60,647 bases of DNA, taken from NCBI GenBank assembly GCA_002789955.1, contig PFUG01000519.1:1-60647 (forward strand), read 5' to 3'. The position numbers and the translations under genes are program-made. Below are positions 50,201 through 57,931 of this stretch, piece by piece. Each line of letters opens with the position of its first letter. Positions within the stretch are counted from its first letter, which is position 1. Origin of the DNA: Deltaproteobacteria bacterium CG_4_9_14_3_um_filter_63_12 (lineage in GTDB: Bacteria; Myxococcota_A; Bradymonadia; UBA4248; UM-FILTER-63-12). The notes under the pieces are model-generated. The model had not been told where the DNA came from and searched no databases. It worked only from the letters and a program-made list of their open reading frames with translations.

Positions 50201-50660
50201 CTGCTGTGACGGCAGCGGTGCCACCGACCGCCAGCGTGGGCGGGACGACCGACAAACTGACCAGCGAGGGAGCGGTATTGTTGGACTCCGCCGTCAGCAC
50301 GATGTCGAGGGTCTGCGCCTGTCCCGCAGCGATGTCGACGGACTCTGTGTGCGCGAGGTATCCAGCCAGAGTGGCTTGAAGCGTGTAGGTTCCCGGAAAA
50401 ACGTCGGCGATCGCGTAGTTTCCGTCTGATGCTGCGAGTGTACTCGCGGCGCCAAGGTTGATCCGGGTTCCGGTCGGGTCGCCGCCATCCGATAGGGTGA
50501 CGGTACCGATCAGCGAGCCAAGCTCCGGTTGGTTGATGTCGTCGCCGAGCTCTGTCGCAGTATCCGTTGGCGTGGTGCTGCCTCCGCCATCGTCACATGC
50601 GGCGGCGAACAGGCAGACAGACAAGAACATCATCCAAAAACATCCACTTCGCCGGCTCAT
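47277..50660 (-). CDS. Large surface lipoprotein: CarboxypepD_reg-like domain, two Ig/PKD-like domains, a Cys-rich linker, and three repeats of about 250 aa with a fibrinogen-like CD[ML]..GGGWT motif.
   Basis: It has a lipobox (LFAAA|C) and a GGGAGG ribosome-binding site. The N-terminal region contains GTVTLSDGG..GNYAIADVFPGTYTL. The Ig/PKD-like domains contain DADGDTLTYEF and DPEGGTLTYDW. The linker is CLPGFVDCDGDASNGCE. The three repeats carry YCDMTAGGF, YCDLSSSGGGWTLLG and YCELQADGGGWTLLG. Confidence 0.7.
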   Translation of the reverse strand: MSRRSGCFWMMFLSVCLFAAACDDGGGSTTPTDTATELGDDINQPELGSLIGTVTLSDGGDPTGTRINLGAASTLAASDGNYAIADVFPGTYTLQATLAGYLAHTESVDIAAGQAQTLDIVLTAESNNTAPSLVSLSVVPPTLAVGGTAAVTAVANDADGDTLTYEFSADNGYTIAPGASDGTAILTAPAAANASGTVSVIVRDGNGGEDTGSVGVLTTMNLSPVIDALTATPALANPGETIALAATASDPEGGTLTYDWTVDDPEWTLTPSNTTATLVAPNNFDSAAVVQLVVTDVGGGQATAMVSVATIACLPGFVDCDGDASNGCEPLWSGAGALCPATSCAGALVANPQAQDGAYWLDPNGGSAADARQEYCDMTAGGFLLLGTVAGGDADHWNTQFGLWADTNTTGSADSPWLDYKSRSWSEADLTNKEFVIQRRYDGQIRSKSQLSPTCLAGKTHLNQIFQSYVTTRSCEATEITTLASDAAGLAGAQYQEGVGGFGLGGASTNGLCWFGEDTAINTFKGHLVWTQDVTNPSCMLGTHLGGVGVFAASGLGIESTDITGTAWLAGTDFTKTEISFMVREKVRLDGSFTEADPAHWSSNSVPSACAAYLQDADYIDSTGRIDGVYLVDVPGHGPSPIYCDLSSSGGGWTLLGTVSGADANSWNTEFGLWSDGNTTGSADEPWLDYKSTAWNAMDLRGSKVMVQRRYDGALASTVLLSNACLGQVSTFDQLFQTFDSTLACEPTDVTVLTSSAAGVAAANFAEGASQGLGGDGTNGLCWGGGDTDTNQFRGHFVWNQTAGADCMQPDHLGGIGVFESSDTTITVGDIAQTDWLVGSDPALTSISFFARNENEGFQGDLSDAAPGSWLDGTMASSCKGYVEPSDPVAHPPATQNGVYLLDLDNDVGPLAPFPAYCELQADGGGWTLLGAVSGADADNWNTQLGYWSDTNTLGAPGKLDADYKSLAWVEMDITAAQILIERRYDGVVRAQSLLANVCLDSQDRFYKLFETTDVGVKCQPADITTLMGSTVGVGAAYEEGVGTYALGSAATNGFCWNGGDNAGNIFDGHLLWNQYPGEVTCLLPGHLGGIGVYASASAQYTNADITGTNWLSGTDYTRTTIRIYAR

Positions 50661-50950
50661 CGCGCCTCCCGCCTCTCGGCAGTGATCGTTGACTCACCAT
50701 CTCCTATCGATGGGGTCTTGTCCCGTTGAATCTCGTCATCTAGGAGCACGACGACATCCTAGCGTATCGACAAGAAAATTTCCCGCATTGCTGCACAGTC
50801 CAGCGGGATGAACCGTTCAAACGGCAGCACAGGCATTTTTGCGGCACGAGCACCTTGTGGCAAGCCGTGGGGAGAAGCGCCGCCACCGCCCGAGCTCCTT
50901 GCACGAATTGCCTCGCGAGGATGAACTCTGGTTTGGTCAGACTCGCGGGC

Positions 50951-53866
50951 TCAAAGCTCCCCGATGGTCTGCTCGGTCTTCTTGAGAACCCGTTTCATCT
51001 CGAGGCGCGCAAAGATCTCTTTGGCGAGCTCGAGCTGTTTCTTGCCTTGTATGATGCCGCCCTGCTCGAGGAGGAAGTTTCCGTAGCTCGAGTGGCATCG
51101 CCCGAGCTCGCCCTCGTTTCCGACCTCGGTGAGCAATTCGATGGCCTTGAGGAAGCTATCATCGGCCTTCTTCTCCACGTCCTCTTCTTTTCTTGTCTCG
51201 TCGAAGAGGGTCTGCGCGTAGAGTTCGCCGAGGCTCTTGAGGGCGAGCCCCTCGAGGAGCTTGCTTTCCATATCTCTGGCGATGTGGAGCGAAGCCATGA
51301 GGGCGCCGACGGCTTCATCATAGCGAGCGTTTCGCAGGTGTAGGGTGCCGAGATTTCGCTGCACATCGCAGAGCAGCCGCAGGTCGGCGCATTCCTGGGA
51401 GATCTCCGCGGCGTCCTTGAGGCTGGCCTCAGCGGTCTTGAGGGCGCCCATGCTGAGGGCCGTCTCACCGATGTTGTTGAGCAGGATGCCTTCCAAGATC
51501 CGGTAGCCGATCTCCTGCGCGATGCTGAGCGCCTCCTCCCACAGCCTGAGAGCCTGCTGCAGCTCGCCTTTCTCCAGGCAGACGATTCCGAGGTTATTGA
51601 GGGTGTCGGCGACGCCTTGTCGATCGCCGGACTGTTTTCTCATCTCGAGGCTCTCGCGGTAGTAGGAGAGTGCCTCTTTGAAGGAGCCGAGGCCGAGCTT
51701 CAGGCTGCCGATGTGGTGCAGGCTCAAGGCGATCGAGCGCGAGTCTTTCAGCTGTCGCCGCAGCTCGAGCGCGGCACGGTAGTGCTTGAAGGAGTCGTCG
51801 TACTCACCGCGGATGAAGTAGACCTTGCCGATGTCGTCGAGCGTGCTGGCGATGCCGCGCAGGTCGTTGGCTTGCTGGAAGAGGGTGAGCGCGCGTCTGA
51901 AGGTGGCGAGCGCGTCGTTGAGTTGCCCCAGGGCACGGTGCACTCGACCGATCTTGTTCAGGGCCATGCCGCCCTTGGCCTTGGCGTTGACCTGCCAGGA
52001 AATCTTGAGGAGCGTCTCGTATTGCTCGAGGGCCTCTTCGATCTTTCCGACCAGCTCGTAGGTCGAGCCCAAGTTGTGGTGGGCCTCGATGCGAGTCAGA
52101 AGGTCTTGCCGTGGCAGGTATTTGACCGCCTTCTCGTAGCCGGAGATGGCTTTGCGGTTGAAGTAGCGTGTGCGCGCGAAGTTGGCAGACTGCACGTAGC
52201 GGTAGGCGGCCTGGGACAAATTCCCGCCCTGTTCCCAATGGCGCGCCATGACCTCGGCGAAGCGGTCGAGCGGGCCATGCAGCTCGTACCATTGGGCACA
52301 TCGGATGTGGAGCGCCTTGCGGCGTTCTTCCTTGATGGCACCGAAGATGAGGTCACGTTCGACGCCGTGCTTGAAGACGAACTCCGCCTCACCTTTGAAC
52401 AGCGAGTCCGCGTGCGGACGAATCATGTCCTTGCGGCGCAGGACCTCGAGGAGATCGGTCAGCCGCGCAGCGCGATCGTCAACCTGCCACTCGTCATCCT
52501 CGAGCTTGTTGTTCTCGCGGCTCAGAGCCAACACCGCTCCCAGCCAGAAAGCATTGCCAATGACGGAGGCCATCTCCAGACAATCCCTCTCCTCAGGTGA
52601 GAGGGTGTCGATGCGGGCCTTGACCATCCCCTCGAACTCTGCGGGAAGCTCCACCGCGTCCAGCTTTGCGAGGTGCAGTTGCCAAGGCTGCGGACGGGTG
52701 TCGATGACGCCCTCGCCGATCAAGATCTTGACGATCTCTTCGACGATGAGCGGATTCCCCAACGCGCGCTGGCAGACCAGGTCATGTAGCTTGTCCGGGA
52801 TGTGGTCGAGGCGCTGCAGAATATTCGACAGCAGGCCACGAATGTCTTCGTCGGAGAGCGGCGTCAGTTCGATGCTCTCAGTAACGAAGCCCCCTTCCAG
52901 CACTTCGGGTCGTTGCTCGACAAACTCGGGGGTGGAGAGCAACAAAAACATGATGGGCGAGTTGCGCAGTTGCGTCGCGATCTTGCGGATCAGCGCGACC
53001 GTCTCTTCGGTGGCGAATTGCGCCTCCTCGATGACGAGGATCAACGGGTTGTGCTGCGAGTCGGCCTCGAGCAGCCGAGCCAACGCCTGACCGGCACGCT
53101 CCTCGACACGATGGGCGACCGACTCGTCCACCTCGAGATCGGAGTAGAACGGGGACTCCGGAAACGGCAAACCGATCAAGTAGGCGACCAGGTGCGCCAC
53201 CTCCGGCGCGTTGGAGGTCCCCATGATGGAGGTCACGGCGTCGAGCAAGCGCTGGCGACAAAGCCGCGGCACCTCGAGCTCTGGGATGTAGAACCGCTTT
53301 CGCACGAGCCGTGCGATCGGCGCATAGGGCAAGTGGTCAGTCTCGCGGCATTTCCCAATCACCATCAAGGAGGAAGGAAACTTGCTGTCGAGATCGCTGT
53401 TGAACTCCCGCACCAGACGGCTCTTCCCCAGGCCGGAGGAGCCAGTGAGGATACAGACGCAGGAGCGAACCTCGTCCACGACCGCGCGGAAGGTGTGTTC
53501 GAGCCGGAGCAGCTCGGACTCTCGCCCCATGGTCTTGGTCTCGATCCCGAAAACCATCCAATCGACATCGTTCCCGTCGTCGTTCGGGTCTATCTTGTAG
53601 ACTCGAGTCACGACGCCCAACGGACTCCCGCAGTTCTCGCAGTAGTCGTTCGACGTGGGGTTGTTCTGCGCACAACTCGGGCACTGGAGAACTTCTCCGG
53701 CCGGTTGAGTGACCTCGTCTTCGACGAGCTCGGCGATGTCCGTCAGGTCATCAGCGTGATGATGGGGTTCGGACAGATCAGAGCCACATCTCGAACAAGT
53801 GAGGACGTCGTCCTCGTCGGTCGTGTGTCCGCAAAACGCGCACTGCATGACATTCCCGCTGGGCAT
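50951..53866 (-). CDS. STAND-type P-loop NTPase with N-terminal double zinc ribbon and C-terminal TPR array.
   Basis: The zinc ribbons are CAFCGH..CSRCG and CPSCAQ..CENCG. GRESELLRLEHTF, a Walker A motif (GSSGLGKSRL) and a Walker B-like motif (LILVIEEAQFA) fit an AAA_16-like module. More than 10 TPR-like repeats follow. Confidence 0.75.
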   Translation of the reverse strand: MPSGNVMQCAFCGHTTDEDDVLTCSRCGSDLSEPHHHADDLTDIAELVEDEVTQPAGEVLQCPSCAQNNPTSNDYCENCGSPLGVVTRVYKIDPNDDGNDVDWMVFGIETKTMGRESELLRLEHTFRAVVDEVRSCVCILTGSSGLGKSRLVREFNSDLDSKFPSSLMVIGKCRETDHLPYAPIARLVRKRFYIPELEVPRLCRQRLLDAVTSIMGTSNAPEVAHLVAYLIGLPFPESPFYSDLEVDESVAHRVEERAGQALARLLEADSQHNPLILVIEEAQFATEETVALIRKIATQLRNSPIMFLLLSTPEFVEQRPEVLEGGFVTESIELTPLSDEDIRGLLSNILQRLDHIPDKLHDLVCQRALGNPLIVEEIVKILIGEGVIDTRPQPWQLHLAKLDAVELPAEFEGMVKARIDTLSPEERDCLEMASVIGNAFWLGAVLALSRENNKLEDDEWQVDDRAARLTDLLEVLRRKDMIRPHADSLFKGEAEFVFKHGVERDLIFGAIKEERRKALHIRCAQWYELHGPLDRFAEVMARHWEQGGNLSQAAYRYVQSANFARTRYFNRKAISGYEKAVKYLPRQDLLTRIEAHHNLGSTYELVGKIEEALEQYETLLKISWQVNAKAKGGMALNKIGRVHRALGQLNDALATFRRALTLFQQANDLRGIASTLDDIGKVYFIRGEYDDSFKHYRAALELRRQLKDSRSIALSLHHIGSLKLGLGSFKEALSYYRESLEMRKQSGDRQGVADTLNNLGIVCLEKGELQQALRLWEEALSIAQEIGYRILEGILLNNIGETALSMGALKTAEASLKDAAEISQECADLRLLCDVQRNLGTLHLRNARYDEAVGALMASLHIARDMESKLLEGLALKSLGELYAQTLFDETRKEEDVEKKADDSFLKAIELLTEVGNEGELGRCHSSYGNFLLEQGGIIQGKKQLELAKEIFARLEMKRVLKKTEQTIGEL

Positions 53867-54374
53867 TGAGCGCTCGGCACCCTTGGTGGGTAGCCCGAAA
53901 GAAGGATGATCACCCTAGATCTTGTCGAGCTGAGGCCGCGGACCTGTCTCGACTCAGAGCAAATGCCGAGTTCGAGGGGAGGAATCGCGGTGTTGACCCG
54001 GTAATCTGTAATTATCTGCATGAGATCCTGCGGTCAACCGGCGCTTGCTGCCGATTCGCCTCTCTCGCCCCGTAAAATCCCGCACCTCTTCACAGCAACG
54101 CAACAGACTTGCCGCGACCGGTTGAATCCGAAGTGCCCTGTGACGTCTACCTCCGGCCTCCGCAAAGAATGACTCCTTGGCTCTTTGTGGCCGGTCGACT
54201 CCAAACCAACAGCCTTGGGTTGCGAGCCCAGAAGGAGTGCGATATCGTCGAATCCGTCAGCAACGCATGTGCGGCCAAATCGGCTCGCACGTGATCACAG
54301 CTCGGTACACCGTCCCCGTCGGCCACTCAGTGGCCTGCCAATGCGGTCCAGAACCTCATAGAGGAGTTGTTCAT

Positions 54375-55376
54375 ATGCAACGAGTCGTACGCATCTTCGT
54401 CTTGGCGTTGATCGCCTGTGTCGCGGTCACTCTGGTCAGCGGCACCGCTTTCGCCAAGAAAAGCAAGAAATCGGCGAAACCACTCGGGGGCATCCTCAAC
54501 GGCGTCGAGTGGGGACAAAGCAAAGACAAGGTCATGGAGCGGATCGAAGCGATCATCATGGCCGAGTACGCCGAGAAGAGCGCTGAAATCGGTGACATGG
54601 GGAAAAGGGACAAACTGCGCAAGTCGTATGTGCAGCGGGTCGAGCGAATCGAGAAGTCCCACAAAGAGTTCAAGAGCGGTGAGCGTTCGGGGCTCGAGGT
54701 CTCTATCGTCGCCAGCGAGTTCGTGCCTGACAACCAGGAATCCGTCTTGGTCGTCCGTGAGGAGATTGCGACCAAGTACTATTTCTTCCTCAGCGACGAG
54801 CTCTACAAAGTCGCCGTCGCCTACGACCCCGACTACATCGGTGAGATGGCCTTCGACTCTTTCGTCGCCGCGATCACCAAAAAGTACGGAGACCCCGCGG
54901 ATGAAGGCGTCGATGCGGAGGGCTACTTCATTATGGCCACCTGGGAAGACAGCGAAGGCACCCGGCTGCGGGCCACCAACGCTGCCGATCACTACGACAC
55001 CTACCTCATGTCCTTCACCAACGTAGAGAGGGAGGCGAAAGTCTCCGAGAAGCATGATGCGGCCAACGTAGAGCGGAACACCGAGCCTTCTGTGAGCGCC
55101 GACATCGATGCCCTCGTCGACAAGGACGGTGACGCCAACTCGGGCAACGCGGCCGACGCGATTCTTGGAGGTGGAACAGCGATCGACCTAAAGGCCGGAT
55201 TGCCTCAAGAAGACATCGACGCGATGGCCGAAGGCGAGATGGTCGGCGGTGACCATGGGGACAAGGGCGGAACGTCCGACAAGAAAAAGAAGAAAACCAA
55301 AAAGAAGAAGGTCAAGAAGGGCGAGTTCAAAGACGTTGAGCAGAAAGAAGGCGGGAAGGGAATTATCATCTACTGA
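54375..55376 (+). CDS. Secreted hypothetical protein with a poly-lysine C-terminal tail.
   Basis: I chose the start at MQRVVRIFVLALIACVAVTLVSGTAFA, with a GAGGAG site upstream. The tail is DKKKKKTKKKKVKKGEFKD. Confidence 0.55.
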   Translation: MQRVVRIFVLALIACVAVTLVSGTAFAKKSKKSAKPLGGILNGVEWGQSKDKVMERIEAIIMAEYAEKSAEIGDMGKRDKLRKSYVQRVERIEKSHKEFKSGERSGLEVSIVASEFVPDNQESVLVVREEIATKYYFFLSDELYKVAVAYDPDYIGEMAFDSFVAAITKKYGDPADEGVDAEGYFIMATWEDSEGTRLRATNAADHYDTYLMSFTNVEREAKVSEKHDAANVERNTEPSVSADIDALVDKDGDANSGNAADAILGGGTAIDLKAGLPQEDIDAMAEGEMVGGDHGDKGGTSDKKKKKTKKKKVKKGEFKDVEQKEGGKGIIIY

Positions 55377-55397
55377 CCCTTCAGCTCGCACACAAAA

Positions 55398-55435
55398 GAA
55401 GAAAGGCGAGGGGCTGAAGCCCCTCGCCTTTCTTC
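55398..55435 (+). terminator. Intrinsic terminator.
   Basis: The hairpin is gaagaaaggcgaggggc-tgaa-gcccctcgcctttcttc, a perfect 17-bp stem with a tetraloop. It starts 22 nt after the stop codon, and T-rich sequence follows. Confidence 0.72.
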
Positions 55436-55593
55436 GTTGTTGCGTTCCGATGTCCTCGCCGCTTAGGAGTAGTCAGGAAACAACCTGCCCATTTGCGCAT
55501 CGCCCAGAGGCGTGATGGCAGCGTCGGTCTGCTTCAACGAGGCTAGGCATCGCCTGCATCGACCTCCTCGCCCTCCCACCTCTGACTTCGCCC

Positions 55594-55649
55594 AAATGCG
55601 CATTTTGTTCCCGGACGACGCCTAAATGCGCACTTTGTTCCCGGACGAC
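55594..55649. repeat. Two tandem copies of a 26-nt motif, with a period of 30 bp.
   Basis: The copies are aaatgcgcattttgttcccggacgac (55594-55619) and aaatgcgcactttgttcccggacgac (55624-55649), differing by one mismatch. They lie in the convergent intergenic region and end 3 nt before the stop of the minus-strand gene at 55653. Confidence 0.8.
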
Positions 55650-55652
55650 TCC

Positions 55653-56885
55653 TTAGGTCAGCCGGTAGAGCTTGAAGCTAAAGTATGGGTCTGGTTGCTT
55701 GAAGCCGAGCAGCTGATCCAAAAGGAACCCCCCCAGGTCGTAGTGGCCAGGAGGAATGTCGTTGAGGTCCATGGTGGACAGCTCTTTCAAGAACCCTCGC
55801 CACGCCCCTTCGATCTTTTCTCTGGAGCCATCGAGCCGTTTCGCCAGGGTCGCGGCATAGAAGTCCTGATAGACCTCATCCAACGTCTCCTGCAGACCGA
55901 TCTCGTCCAACACGCTGCGACGGTGAATGAAAGGCAGAAGCCTCTTCACATCGACGTTGACCTCATCGCGACTCCAGGCCAGGAGGCTGTAGATGTAGGA
56001 CTCGAACCCTGTATCCCCAGAGGCAAGCAAGAGGAAGTAGCACATCTTGATCAAGCGTTGGACGTATCGCTCGGTCGCCTCGGGCTGCAAGTGATTCGTC
56101 GCCATTTCGATGACGGACTCACCCGCGACGAGAAACGGAGAGCGCCATCTCAACGGGGGAACGTACTTCAGGAGTCGGTCCCGCATACTCTCATCGACCA
56201 CCTCCCCGAACCTCGCCCACTCCTTCGTCGCCTCTGCGGAACGGATGTCCAGGCAGAAGTGGACGTAGTACTCGTGCGCCAACCGCGAGAGCAGCTCCTT
56301 GATCCCCTCGTCGTCGGTCGGCTCGAGGGCCGCAGCGGTCTCGCGAAAACCGTCACGCTCCTCGGTGGGCACTTCGTGGCGACGTCGAATACCCAAGCGC
56401 ATGATCATGTCCTCATAGAACAGGTTGCGCTCGTTATTCAGCTTCGTTTCGACATCGGTCTCGAAAATTTGCAGAAGGATCCGCGCCTGGGTAAACGCCC
56501 CTTCGGAGAACTTGCGTTCAATCAACGCCAGCACTTCGTTCGCCCGATCGCGTACCGTCTCGTTCCCAGAGAAGTACTCGACGAGCAAGTCCCGCAGCAG
56601 GCCAAGCTCACTTTCGTCGAGTTGCGCGCCAGCGGGGAGCCGATCGTTCTCGACCAACACCGAGAAGTAGGCGCGACCGGCCTGTGGGTTTGCCGGTGTG
56701 CCGCTCTCGACCACCTTCTCCATGATCGTTTCAGCCAACGCCTCAACCGGGTCGGCTCCATTGCTGGACAATCTCGCTCGGAGCTGTGGCTTCGACTCGT
56801 CGAGAAGACGCTCGAAGTATGTTTGCTCTTCACGCCCAGCACTTTCGGCTGAACCCATGAGCATGTTGACTATCTTTCGCAGCAT
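55653..56885 (-). CDS. Hypothetical cytoplasmic, mostly helical protein.
   Basis: The composition is natural (E/L/F/Y-rich, e.g. ...LFYEDMIMRLGIRRRHEV...YVQRLIKMCYFLLLASGDTGFESYIYSLLAWS). I preferred it over the fully overlapping plus-strand ORF 55626-56852, which is R/L/V/Q-rich. I recognised no motif. Confidence 0.5.
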   Translation of the reverse strand: MLRKIVNMLMGSAESAGREEQTYFERLLDESKPQLRARLSSNGADPVEALAETIMEKVVESGTPANPQAGRAYFSVLVENDRLPAGAQLDESELGLLRDLLVEYFSGNETVRDRANEVLALIERKFSEGAFTQARILLQIFETDVETKLNNERNLFYEDMIMRLGIRRRHEVPTEERDGFRETAAALEPTDDEGIKELLSRLAHEYYVHFCLDIRSAEATKEWARFGEVVDESMRDRLLKYVPPLRWRSPFLVAGESVIEMATNHLQPEATERYVQRLIKMCYFLLLASGDTGFESYIYSLLAWSRDEVNVDVKRLLPFIHRRSVLDEIGLQETLDEVYQDFYAATLAKRLDGSREKIEGAWRGFLKELSTMDLNDIPPGHYDLGGFLLDQLLGFKQPDPYFSFKLYRLT

Positions 56886-57377
56886 CAGTTACCGGCCCAC
56901 CGTCAGCGGAGTCTTGTCGTCCAAGGTCCGCCTTCCTTACGAGCATTAATTGGCTAGGTGCCGTCTGGGTGTGGCCCGAGTGACAGATTGTTCAAGAACC
57001 CTTTCCGGGTTCTTCTTACGTGCCCCTACTCCAGACATAGGCAAGACCGCGGGAATATAGCATTGGCGATCCCTTCGAACAAGACACCGATGTGCCTCCA
57101 TCGCAACACTAGCTCCATCGCCCTCCCTGAAAGGCCTCTCATCCATGGCTGGCAGGCCTTCCTCACGGCTGATTGACTTTGAAACACCCGCTCGATACGG
57201 TCGCCGCGAGGTTTAGCTCGAAATGGCCAGGCTCCTTGCGGTTGATTTCTGCGACAGATTGGAATCGGAGCGGTTCGATTAGGGCGGCGAGACCGAAGGC
57301 TCCTACAGGTGATGTCCCGCGAATCGAAGACGTCACGAGCCTGCGATCCTCTGGGAATGCTGAACAAGGAGTGAGCA

Positions 57378-57782
57378 ATGACAGACGGAACTGAAAAGAC
57401 TCCGAAGATCCTGATCGCCGATGACGATCCCGATCTCAGAAAGTTGCTGCGGGCCCATCTGGACACGCTGAACTGCGAGATCGTGGAGGCCCATGACGGA
57501 GAGGCCACCCTCGAAGCGGTCATCCTAGAGAACCCAGACCTCATCGTGCTCGACGTGATGATGCCGGAGCTCAATGGCTGGGAAATCTGCAAGTACATCA
57601 AGTCCAAACCCGAGTATCAGCACATCGGAGTCGTAATGCTGACGGGAATTGGCTCGGCGGTGAATGAGCTGACGAGTCCGCTTTACGGTGCCGACGAGTA
57701 CATCGACAAGCCGTTCAACATCGACGAGCTCGACTTCAAAGTGCGCAAGGTTCTGTCGGCAAGACGGCACCAAGAAGCCTAA
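57378..57782 (+). CDS. Stand-alone response-regulator receiver domain (CheY-like).
   Basis: It contains KILIADDDPDLRKLL...DLIVLDVMMPELNGWEICKYIK...KPF. The phospho-acceptor Asp is in the LDVMMP context. An AAGGAG site lies upstream. Confidence 0.88.
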   Translation: MTDGTEKTPKILIADDDPDLRKLLRAHLDTLNCEIVEAHDGEATLEAVILENPDLIVLDVMMPELNGWEICKYIKSKPEYQHIGVVMLTGIGSAVNELTSPLYGADEYIDKPFNIDELDFKVRKVLSARRHQEA

Positions 57783-57894
57783 CCTCACGTTCATGCTCGT
57801 GAGAGACCTGAGCCAACGGCTGCCTGCACAGTTGCGACTTTGTGGGCTGCCAGCGTTCTCGACCTTCTGCAGAGCGAGACGACGTCGACAGCCG

Positions 57895-57919
57895 GCCGAG
57901 CCCGTGAAGGGGGCTCGGC
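57895..57919. terminator. Hairpin between convergent genes (receiver and kinase).
   Basis: The hairpin is gccgagccc-gtgaagg-gggctcggc, a 9-bp perfect stem. It has no clear U-tract. Confidence 0.35.
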
Positions 57920-57931
57920 GCTCAGGTGCAA

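Noticed and set aside
55594-55649. Considered as a possible mini-CRISPR array.
   Set aside because: There are only two repeat copies with a 4-nt separator, no spacers, and no cas genes in the window.
55626-56852. A 408-aa plus-strand ORF fully overlapping the 410-aa minus-strand ORF.
   Set aside because: The plus-strand product is R/L/V/Q-rich with no motifs. It would also start inside the tandem repeat, right after a strong terminator. The minus-strand product has a natural composition, so I preferred it, although neither ORF has a recognised family.
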